64,000 bases of DNA. It comes from Myxococcota bacterium. Its GTDB lineage: Bacteria > Myxococcota > Kuafuiibacteriia > Kuafuiibacteriales > Kuafuiibacteriaceae. A program made the translations under genes and the position numbers. The stretch spans positions 504,752-568,751 of the forward strand of contig CBDCWQ010000023.1 in the NCBI GenBank assembly GCA_965223435.1, read 5' to 3'. The notes under the pieces were generated by a model. The model was not told the DNA's origin. It was given only the letters and a program-made list of their open reading frames with translations, and did not search any database. Below, one piece after another: positions 46,201 to 57,500 of this stretch. How positions within the stretch are numbered: the first letter of the stretch is position 1; each line of letters begins with the position of its first letter.

Positions 46201-48237
46201 GTCCCCGGGTTCATAGGCGCGTTTCCATGCCTGTCGCCACCCGACAACGAAGCGAATGCGTACACCATCACGTAGAATGCTCTGGTCCACAGGGTCATAG
46301 ACAGGCGCGTCGGCCATGGAGAGCCAGGGCTTATGGGCAACGGGCTGGCCATCCCAAGTTCGCCGAATGCGCGCGATGATATGGATGGTATTCAGAGATA
46401 TGTGAAGCGAAGGTTCGTAGACGTAGCGCTCCTCGACCCGAGGCAAAGAGGCGTCGGTGGGCGCGCTCGGGGCACTTGGATCGAGCGTCTCGTCTAAGAG
46501 ATAGGATTCTTCACACCAACAGTCCGGGCATTGACAGCCATCCTCCGGAGGATAGTACGCCTTGTAGCGCACCCGCTCGCTCGTCGGTTCACGGTGGTGA
46601 ACGTCAAAGACATTGGAGGGCGCGCCCGCCAAATCTTGCAGGTGGTAGACTTTGTTGTTTTGGCCCCAAATGAGGTGATGGTGCCCTGCTTGGTCGTAGG
46701 CTACGTCAAGACCTCGCTTCCACCCGGGGGCAGGAGAGACAATCACCGCAGGGGAGAAGCCAAGGCCACCGTCCATGCTCGTTCGGACCCGAAGGGTGCT
46801 CGTAGAATGGGCAATATCCGGCCCGGATGAGTGTTCTACCCACGCAACGATCACCTGACGGTTTTGGGCAGCCAGTGCAAGGTCCGTGACCTGGTTCCCC
46901 AGCGGCAATCGTGCGAGAAGCGTAGACACGCCGAAAGTTGTTTGCTTGCCCGCTTGATCGCTACGCGTATAGTGGATTTCGACTCCTTCTTTCTTGGACC
47001 CCGGTGAATAAAAGCCAGGTGCGCGTAGAGCCGGTCGCCGACACGGGAGAGTGCGGCCTTGGGCATCGCGGCATCTTGGGCGCGCGCACTCAACGCGTGG
47101 GGGGCTTCGAAATCCCCGGGAACGGGTGGGGCTGATGATTCTGGGATCGCAACATCAACAAGGTTTGAGTGCTCCGATTCACCTTCAATCGCAGGCGCAT
47201 CGCTGAGCACCGCGCTCACCCAGTAGCGATAGGTCTTGCCTGGCACCAACCCCGCTTCACGAAAAGAAAGTTTCTTCCTTCAGTTCAGCGACGAGCGCCC
47301 CATCTCGATATATTCGAAAGGATAAAGTGGTCTCGATGGGAAGCCAGGTACCACCGACAAACTGACGAGGCCGTTCCCAGTGAAGAAGCACTTCATCTTG
47401 TCCGACAACCTGGACCGTCAGGAGGTCGGGAGGGGTCGGCTGCGAGGACGAAGAGAGCACCAGTGGGCGGTGAGTCGCCAGGGCTGCATGGGCTTGATTC
47501 CCGGCCCGGTCGAGGAGGAGTGGGCTCAAACCCCAGTAGCCTTCGCTCGGCTCCAAGACCGAACCTATAGGTAGATGCACATAAGATTGCGTCGGGCCGT
47601 CGAATCGGAGCATGGGATCGATCGTCGGATCGGCGTGGATTGTAGGGGAAAATACGCGAACGAACCGCCAGTCTGCCTCTGGGGCGGCTTGGGCCGGTTC
47701 TGGAGCTGTTGTTTCTCCGAAAAGACGAATGGTGACCGTTTCTTTTGACCATACCCAAAACCCCTGGCCTTGGGGGAGGGGGTCTTCGGTGCCGAAGCGC
47801 CCAAACGGAGGATAGGGTTCGTTTTTCGCCGGGTGCGAAGAAGGCCTCAAGCCGAGATGCCAAAAGCGTAGGCCTTTTGCTTCAAGCGCGTGTCGCGCGG
47901 CCGGAGACACCGAGACCGGTGCGGCTTTGAGGTTCCACCCCTGAGATAAGGGGAGTTGCACCTCTGTAGGTTCGACCGCGGGCTCCGGGGTTTGGGGTGG
48001 CGCGGATTCAGCAAGCACTTGATGTTCGTGGGCGGCCACGTGCGGGTTTTCGGCAACGGACCGCGTTTCGGTCGCGCCTTCCGCCCCAGTGTTGGCGTGC
48101 GCCATCATCTTTGGGCTGAGTAGTAGGAGAAGGACCGGCAGCGCTCGAGGGTTAAACGCGCGGTGAAATATCATTGTACTGGTGTACACGCTATGCTCCC
48201 TAAACCGTCGTTCTTGCCAGCACGCGCGATGGTGCAT
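37261..48237 (-). pseudogene. Giant secreted multidomain protein (paralog of 48538..59235) split into three ORFs by two 1-nt homopolymer indels. The fragments are 47257..48237 (N-terminal), 46851..47249 (short middle) and 37261..46929 (3222-aa body). It may instead be an intact gene with sequencing errors.
   Basis: Fragment 1 has a signal peptide (MIFHRAFNPRALPVLLLLLSPKMMAHA), the GWNL module and the start of an FN3. Fragment 2 continues the FN3 and aligns colinearly with the paralog (PGDFEAP / PGDFETP; VGDRLYAHLAF / VGDRTLAHAAF). Fragment 3 continues the alignment (TLLARLPLGNQVTDLALAAQNRQVIVAWV vs ALARPGSGWVVNEVKIAALAHRVLVSWI). Frame changes occur at a T4/A4 run (about 47258-47265) and a G4/C4 run (about 46975-46990). 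The body contains an Asp-box (WSDDDGQLWS), a conserved central helical domain, and a C-terminal subtilase-like domain (VVAIVDDF...THGENMTEAL...LVVNTAAGG...SNYGARVDIATSA). Confidence 0.5.
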
Positions 48238-48537
48238 TCAGCCACCGTCGACCGGAATGGTGAATCCAATGGCGCAGAGAACGTTGTATACGGGTTTGAC
48301 CTATGCGTGGCGAATAGCAATCGATTGGGTCAACGGTGTCAACGTCTTTTGGCGGCACATGCAAGACGCTGGTTGGATTGCAATGGGGCGGCCGGGTCGT
48401 TCCCGAGAGGGCATTGGCTAAAGGCCTTTGGGGGCACGAGTACCCGCTCCCATTCTCTTGCAAAAGCCGGGCAATCTGTCCGTCTTGCGCGGCCCCTCAC
48501 CGCCATTTGAAATCCCTCCTTTGTTGGCGATCCGACA

Positions 48538-51500
48538 TTAGTGGTTCAGGTTATCAAGTTTGATTCGAGCGACCTGCCAGATTGTGCCGTCAATGCCCTT
48601 GAAGGACGGCCCCGGCGTCTTGGGACCAAACGATGCGGGATTGCTTATGACTTCGATGCCGTCACGGGTTCGGTAGACGGCGTATTGCATACCCGGCACA
48701 CCTTCGATGTCGGCAAGCACCTCCTCTGTCGATGTGAGACGGGTGCTGACGTAGAACTTCTTCTTCGGCTGAACCGGGAGATCAAAAGCTTTGTACGGAG
48801 TAAGCTTTCCATCGGCGACCGAAAAGAAGGCTGTCGGCTCTTCGTAGGGCTGGGTTATGAAGTGCGCCACAAGTTTCGCGTCGAGTGTGTGGGACTCGAA
48901 CCTACCGCGCTTGATTGCTCCTTCGATGTCCGTTTCGAGGGTCAAGGCCCGAACCATCCGATCAAGGTCCATATCTTCTGCGAGCAGGACGGGTTGGTCA
49001 GTCATACGCGAACGCTCAAGCGCGGCGACATCCGCACCTTCTTTTTGCTTGGCGACGTCAAAGAGTGCGCTCACCTCGGGGACCGCATCGGGTGGGAAGA
49101 ACTTCGTTTGCTCTGCGAGGACATGTTCAAAACCGGTCAAAAAGTCATTTTGCCGGGGCTGCCAGCCACGCATGGCGGTGAGGTAATCTTTCTTTTGGGC
49201 GTCGCTCAAATACGGACTTGCGCGGAAGATATCCGTGTGCAGCTCCGCAAAGAATAGGTTGCTTTGCTCCACAAAGTGATTAAGCGGCTTGTTCATGAAG
49301 GCCACCCCAAGATCTGTAATGACCAATATCCGAGCCAAAAGCGATGATTGCGGGGTTAGATTGGGAAGAGTGATCGTCGTCCCATCAACTTTGGTCTCTG
49401 TCGCAAGAATAGCTTCCTCGACCAGCCTGATGTCTGTTTCAGAGTAGACCTCGACGATTTCATTCTTGTTGGCTTGTTCCATGAATTCGCGCGCATGCTT
49501 GGCGCTGTCTATTTCATTTTGACCGCTATGATCGACCCGTTGCCCCGTCGAGGAATCATAGTGGCTCTCCTTTTCCACATCATGAAAGGAGGCAGCGACT
49601 ATGTACAGCAGGGCATAGCTGTCAGTCACCGTCTTCGGAGCATGGGGCCTCACGACTTCGAGGAGTTTGCCACCATTTTGGATCACATCGCTGGTATGTG
49701 AACCGTTATGGTAGTTCAGATTCGCGCGAGGATTTGGGGCCTTCTGATACTTCGCTTTGATCTCAGAAAGACCGGCCTCGCGCGCTTGGTCTGCATACTT
49801 TCTCCGAAGGGCTAAGACCTGGGCCGATGTCTGTTCGTCTGGAAACTTTGCTTTTGCGGGCTTGGGGCCGCTCGAGAGCCTCGCGTCCTGTGAAAACGTT
49901 GATTCGTAGACGGGCTCTTTTTGGGGCGGGTAGGCGGTCGCAAGCACCGCAAAGGAAGACTCGCCGCTGAGGTGGGGTTCAATGGCTTTTTGCACTCGGA
50001 GTTCGTGCTCCCGCACATCGTTCGCCAAAGCTGGGTTATTGAACACAAAAAACGCGTAGTCGGTAATGGAAAATGGAAGCGCAAGCGCCGCCCGGGCCAG
50101 GCTCAGATCGGAGGCACGAATGAGGGCAAACCGGTCCGATGCGCTGCCCGAGCTTTTGATCTGGACCATGTCATGAGCCGAATCTGCCTCGGAAAGCACA
50201 AAGATCTTGTCGGGCTCGAAGGGCTGCTGGCTGGTGAAAAGCCACCCGCTCAAGAGCTGTTTGTCAGCGCTAAAAACGAGCGTACGTTGGTCGTAGGCAT
50301 CCGACGATTTGAGAGGGTTTGCGGGAGTCACGCTCAGCCCCGCAGTCTTGTTGACCTTGCGCCCGCGCAGTTGGTCGACGCTATCGAGCACCAGTTCCAA
50401 CGAGGAGCGGGTATCACCGTCAGCCTGGTAAGCCGCGATTCCGACGTACTCAAAGTCTTCATCGAGTCGGCGAAGCTCTTCATATCGAATCGCACGCGGG
50501 CCATGAGGAAAGAAGGTTGCGTAGAAGGTGTTCACTTCCGGTGAGTAAAAAAGAACAATATCCCGCTGGTGCAGAATCGCCTTTTTGCGCAGCTGAGCTT
50601 GGGAGAGCTTCGCCTTACCGTGATAGAGCATGTTCTGGGGTGGAAGGTTTTTGGTCGCGAGCAGACCGTTTTCTTCATACCACGCAAGGTTACGGAACTT
50701 GTCGATGATTTTGATAAAAAGCTGGCTGTCCGAGGCTTCCTTGAGCAGACTCTGAACAAAGGCACCCACCGGGCCATCTTCAACGTGGGCGGCTTGTTCG
50801 ATGTGAAGGCCCTTCTTGCCGCGATTGAGCGAGGCCAAGCGCTCACCGGGAACCACCACGCGTGGTGACAGCGCGAATTCGCCGTGAAGCACCACCAAGT
50901 TTTTCTTAAGCTTGAGGGCGTTTTGATGGAGACTGTCTTCGGAAATGCCATCTTTGAGTACAACCGGGTAGCTGTCCAGACTGGTCGGGAGTTCAACTTC
51001 TTGGCTGCCGTTTGGGACCAGCCCGAGCTTGGCGGGTAAGCCGGTTTCCCGGATTGGCTTGCTGGTCTCGGTGACTCCGGTGGCCTGTGGATCTTCGGCC
51101 GACCATCGGATCACGATTTCGCCATCGGTAAAAAGGGCCTTCCACTCCATATCGGTTGCCACCCCCAAAGACGTTTGCACGTGGTCCGGTCGGTAGTCCT
51201 TGACCCAGGTCCTTTTCGCGTCGACGAAGACACTTTCTGCCGGCTTTTGAAGGAATTTTTTCGACCACTCAGGTAGATCTTTGTACGCCCAGTCGTCTTG
51301 CTCGGTGGGATAGAGCATCATGCTTGGAGGGTTGGGGACCGGACGAGGGGTGGTGTTCTTGATAACCCGTGGCTTGATGACTGAAGGGGGCTCTTCCGTA
51401 TGGGTTTTGTACCACTCCTCTTCGAGGAATTCTTTCCAAACGAAACGCCCCTCCGCCTCGCGTAGTCTTTTCCACTCCCAGAAGCTCGCATTTTGCGTAT

Positions 51501-54500
51501 GCAGCTGCGAAAGGTTCCCCGACAGCGAGGCGTAGTTGACGACGATCTCTTCGTCGGTCGTTCCGGCGACGACTCCGGGCGCCCACAGCGCTTTGGCTCC
51601 CGACGACACCAACGACACAGATTCGATAGGCACTCTCGGGCCGACGCTGGATTCTTCGTCCCAAACAACCTCCGCCTTCTTCCCATTCGCAAGCTTGAGC
51701 GTCCAGAGGAGCCCCGTTGCGAGGCCCATACTAAACTGCTGAGGGTGCCAGTAGTCGACCAAACCATGGACGGGGTCGGGAAGGCTATTGCGACCACCCA
51801 ACGCATTGAGAATCTTCTCCTCCCATTTTTTGAAAGCTTCATGTCCTGGGTCCCCGAATAGCCAGCGCTCTTGAAGAATGGGTGTGGTGGGCATGTCTGG
51901 TACGGGCGGAATGGTGATGCCAAGTTCATTGGTTTTGACCCGCCCGGTGACGAACGCTTTCGGCGCATCTCGCCCAATGACCTTGCGGTAAGCGGAGTAT
52001 TGCTCCAGGAACACGCGCTCTTGGGCTTCACGCACCCGATACCTTTCGTCTAGGGTCGCGCTGTGACGATAGCTTTCAGCCAAGGTTCCCTGGAGTGATT
52101 GTTCGTTTCGGACGATCTCATGGTCGGACAAGCCGGCCATGACCCCCGGTGCCCACAACTGGTCGCTATCGGACCACTCGATGCCGACGCCGGAGGAGTT
52201 TGCCTCCTTCCAGTGAATGGATACAACGTGCCCGTCTTCGTACGTGGCGGTGAACTCAACCTTCGAGGTGATGCCCAAGCCGTACCGGGAGTGGAGTCGC
52301 CACGATTCAAGCTGTTCTATCGTTTGCGAAGCAGGCCCATGTCCTTTGAGGTTCAAAACATGCTGCTCTGACCACTCTGGGAGCTTAGACCAAAACGCGG
52401 CTTGCTCGAGCGGATTCATAGAAAGTTCGGGCGGCTGCGTTCCGTCGGGAAGCACATCCGCCTTGGATCCGTTGATAAAAATCTCGGGTTTGAGCGACGC
52501 AGGCGGGGCCCCACGACCAATCAACTTGCGATAAGCTTCGTACGACTTCGACACCACCAAAGACTCCGCATTGAGCAGCATCGTTTGGTCTTCTTTTGTT
52601 GCCGTCTTCGACCACGCCCTTTGCGCCTGTTCGGTCATCCCGAAGTGGTACTGATGAAGCACTTCTTCGGCTGTCTTTCCAGGAATGCCTTGAGGCGCAA
52701 CAAAACTTTGTAGAACAACCGGGTCTTTCGTTTGGCCGGAGGGCTCGCTAGTGACAAGGGTCCGAGATTCAGTACCACCGTTGGGCCCCTCAGCCTCCCC
52801 GATGAAGATGCCATTTTCGTAGTCCACAATGATTCGGCGATCCTTGAGAATATTCATGCCAATGATCATCGCCGGACTGTCCTTGGAGGCGAACATTTCG
52901 TAGGTTGGGGAGTCCACAACAACCGCCGATGGGTTTTTGAAGACCGTTTGGCCAAGCCGAATCTCATCGAAAGTTCTGACGCCGTACACCTGGCCCGTAG
53001 CGGGTGCGAGATTCGCGGCTTTGGTGTTCATGAAAGAAAACGGACTGCCAGTATCGAAGAGGCCTGCAAGCGGCTTGCCTGACAGCTCGGGGAACACTTT
53101 GGTTTGACCCTTGAACAGCTCGAGACGCGCCTCGGCGAGGTCTTGGTAGTTCGGCGTCTGAGTGGTGTCTCGTGGGTAAAAGACAACGGTCTCCTCGTTG
53201 GGCTTGATCTCGGTGACGAAATTTTGAAGAAAGTCCGCCCCGAGGTAACCGTCGATATCGGACGGCACATCGTCTACCAAGAGAAGAGAAAGCTTGAACG
53301 GCGTGGCGCCCATTTCAACCCGGTTGAGATGGACGACGGTGCTGTCTATGAGCTTCTCTTCTTGGGGAACAATCGAAGATCCGCTCTTTCGGGCGCCTTC
53401 TTCTAAACGCTTGACCGCATCCTGGCTGATCATCGAAACCCCTCGACCGGAACTCAGCGCGAGGCGCACCGGCTGGCCGTCATAAATGAACGGCACCACC
53501 AAATGGCCGCTTTTGGTTTTCAGCAGTGCCGAGCTCATGCCTCTGCCCGAAAAATGGTGCTGGGGAAAACGGTTGCCAGCCTGGTCGGCGACAGTTGTAG
53601 GAGTGACCCACCATCGCCCGCCCCGCGGGACCGGGTAGGGCTTAAACGGGCCACTTGGTGGAGGGCCCGACATCACGATGAGACCCTTGATGTCTTGCAA
53701 GAAGCCGAGGCGACCGACCTCGTCCATGCCCTTGGTTTGCTCCAAAGCCCACCGCCAGATCGGGTGTTGGCCGTAAAATACTTCGAACTCTTGGTCTTTA
53801 TCGACGGTCAGCTCGTACACCGGCACCATGTCATTCGGCCGGAGGAGATGACTCGGAACATCGAAGGGAAAGGAGGCCAAGCCCCCGTCGAGTTTGGGTA
53901 ACAAGAGACCGTAGAGTTTGTCTTCTTCGAAGCGCACACTCCCCGTTTTGAGCCCGTCCTTGATCCAAGTCACCGAAAAGCCCTTGTCTCGAATGGCTGC
54001 CTCGTTTGCGGGAATGGGACCAAGCGCAAGAACATCAGAGGGCGAGATGTAGCCCTTGAGCTCCCAAAATTGGGGATCTGGGGTGTGGTAGAGGCGCGCG
54101 ATGCCCGTCCAGGGTTGGTGTTCGAATGTGAGCCAGGCCGCAATGGCACTGACGGACACGCCCCCGACTACAGCCCCCGTATACTCCGGTCCGATGCTCA
54201 GCGCCGTTTTGAGGCCGGGGAACAGCTTGACCAGATCATCCCAGACCTGACGAAGGCCTGAACGCGCCGCGTGGATGGCCACTTGAGCCCCGCCAAGTCG
54301 CACGAGCGCGTCCGTTCCGAACACCGGCGTGGTCACGCCTTCAGGGTGGAGGGTGATCGCTTCTTCGGCTCCGTCAAAAACCAAAGATGCACGAACGTTG
54401 GCGCTCTCGGGGTTCAGGTAATCGTACACATCGATAAACCAAATGGCGGCGGTGCTCGACAACAGCAACGTAGAAAGGTCCTGGATGCGCTGACTCGAGT

Positions 54501-57500
54501 ACGGAAACCCATGGTCGCGAACAAAGGCTTGAACCCCTCCCCACAGCGCAAGGGCCTGGTCACGAAAGAGGCCGGACTTGGGGTGATCGGGTCGAGCATC
54601 GGCAAACTTGAGCAGGCCGAGAATGAGTCCAGTGGTGGCCTCAAGGTGAAACGAACTCTCCTGAAGCTCGCTTGGCTCGATGTAGGGATCCCGAAAGGCG
54701 TTCTGAAAGTAGTGGGTACCGTAGTAATACCTGGTGCCAAATTGAAGCATTTTGGCAAACTGAAGTTCGGTATACTCGAGGCACCGCGCTAGCTTGTCCT
54801 CGAAGGCCTGGCCAAACGCTGGATCATCGTAGTTGACCGAAAGCGAGAGCCAGCTGCAATTGTCGATGGCCACATGTCGACTGGCATCAAAGGCGTGGGC
54901 GTGTTCGACGAGCAAGAGCGTGCCCCCGGTGATGACCCGGCCCAGGTTTTCTGATTCGAGGGCCGCTTCGATGCGCCGGCGTTTTGCGGGATCTACACCG
55001 GGGTGCCCGAGCGCAACACGGAGATCCTCTTTTTCACCCAGCTCGTCCCATAGGAGCGTGAAAATGCCGGTTTGGAGCGCATCGCGCCAGGCAATGAGTG
55101 TCTCGGGTTCGTCAATCTGGAGTGGGTGCGCGTGGGTAATGGCGTGGTTGAGAACACTCAGCACATCCAAGTTGTGCTCAGTGACAATATTGGTTGCAGC
55201 TACACGTTCTTGGAGCATGCGGTGCTCCGATGCGGTCAGCGTGTGGGCTTCGATCGCAACACAGGTGGACCCACTCCGACGGCAGCGCTCGACTGTCGGC
55301 ACCCGGTCTTCCGAAAAATCCTCATAACCGATGGCATCGAGAATGCTATAGTACCGCCATTCTTCCTCGGGATCTGTCGTGAGTGGCTGCCCATCGGCTT
55401 CTAGGGTATGGGGCGCACCGGCGTTCCGTAGCCCTTTTGTGGTCCACCCCGCGGTCATCAGGGTATGAACCTTACCCTCTGCGTCTTGCACCGCTCGTCG
55501 GTGTTCCTCGAGTCCTCGAAGACTGCGGTGGTAGCACGAGAGCAAAGCCGGTTGATCTTTTGCATCAAGACTTTGGTACGCGCCAGAAACAAGAAATTGC
55601 CCTAGACCGTGCAAGGCCCACGCATTGGCCCCGGTGACTAAACGTGCATCCTTCCAGTTGTCGCCATCGGTGTTCCAAGAAAAGGGCCAACCGAGAATGG
55701 TGTCATCGTGACCAACCACTGCGTGGGCACACAGTGACCGAGCGAGGCCTTGGGCGCGCGCGATGTCGTCCGGGTCCGCGCTTCGGGAAAACTGCGCCAG
55801 TGCGATGCCCTGCGTATAAGCCCAGGCCCGTTTAAAGCCTGCCAAGTGCCGGGCGTCCTGGTATTCTTCTTCACGAAAAATATGTTCGTTGGGGGCATCG
55901 GTGTTCTCGGGATCCCCCTCGTACTCGATCTGAAGAAGACCGTTCGCATCGTTGCCCTTCGTTTCTGGTCGCAGAAGGCGATCTCGAGCGGCCTTCGCGC
56001 GCCGGTAGTTGCCGTGGGCGTCTCCAGAAATCGTGGAAGCCACGAGCGTCGTGCCCTCGGGGCCTTCGGGGTCGAGTGAGGTGACAGCAAGAGCGACGGA
56101 TGAATCGTAAAAAGGCGTCCACAGCCTGGCTTGGCCCTGGTCCAGTTCGAGATCCACCACACCAGCTTGGGCACCCAGCCCCTGGCTTGAGCCAACACTT
56201 GCCTGAAGGTCTACGCCACCGGCCAAGGTGCTTTGCCTCTCATCGGACTCCACGTCTAAGCCGCCGGCCATGGTGCTCTGTTTCTCGTCGGACTCCACGT
56301 CCAAGGCCTCCAAGGGGATGCTTTGGCCCAATGCCTCCGATTCGATGCCCGGCTGTCCGCCACCGCCACCTCCGGTGCTCACCCGAACCGTCCCCTCCGC
56401 AGCAACACGCATGTCGTATTTGTTCTTCGCGGTCACCGTCAAAGCGGTGCTCCGGCCTTGCACGATCTCTTCGGGGAGATCGACACTAAGCTTGACGGCT
56501 TGGTCATCTTTGGAAGCTCGACTGGTGACCCAAGTAGGGCCGTGTCTCTCATCGGCGCGAAGCCACGCCGCAACAAAGAGGGTCTCGTGGGCGATGAACG
56601 TAGGCATGTAAAGCGGCGTCGGCGGGTCGCTTTCAGTCGACCCCTGGTAAATGGGTCGCGGCGTTTTTTGGCTGATGGCCGTGGTTTCGAAGAGGCCTTC
56701 ACCGAGCGCGCGGGCCACGCGGATTTGTGCGGGGTCGGCCCCGTAAAACAGAATGGCGAGATCACCGTCCGAGGATTGCGCAGGCGTTGGCAGGTGACCC
56801 ATGGCGATCTTTTGCGGGGAACCGAAGTGATGTCCGTCTGTGGCCTGGGCAAGGTAAATAGGATTTGGGTCGGTCACGGCAGAGCCGAGGCGAGTCTCGT
56901 AAACAAGGCTCAAACCATCCGGCCCCGACGTCAGGCGGGGAACGATCGGCCCTCGACCATGGCTCGGAAGGGGTGGCAGACTGAGAATTCGCCACGATGC
57001 GTAGGTTTCACCGATCCACGCATCTTGTCGCCACCCGGCTTCGACTTGGGTTTCGACGGGCGTCCACTCGAGCAGCCCACGCTCGATGGGCCACACCGGT
57101 TGAAGCACCTCTTGGGTCGTGGCCCTCGACCAAGCGCCAGCGACCAAAGGACGCTGGGCAATTTTGATCTGGTCCTCTTCGTGCCAACGGCCGTCGTGAA
57201 GATAGTAGTACCAGTCCTTGTCGTGTTCGACGGTCCCGTCGTACGCGTAAAAACGACCCTTGCCCTCGCCGTGATAGTAACGATGAGCCCGCTCGGGCTG
57301 TGATTCTTCGGCCTGCCGGCGCAGAACTTCCTCTTCGTCGAGTGGAGTGCGCTTCGGCCGGGTTCGATGGGGCTGCCAAACCTCCAAGAAGCCTTCCCTT
57401 TTTTGATGGGCATGGGCCTCGGGGCACCAGCTGAGTTCTCCTTGGTTGGTCGTTTTAGGGGAGGCCGGAGGGACCAGGGGACCCAATACACCACGCCAAT

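Noticed and set aside
54271-57303. Plus-strand ORFs inside the giant gene (for example 54271..54792, 56323..57303, 57928..58584)
   Set aside because: They are antisense to the 3565-aa CDS, which has continuous paralog support. They have no independent features.
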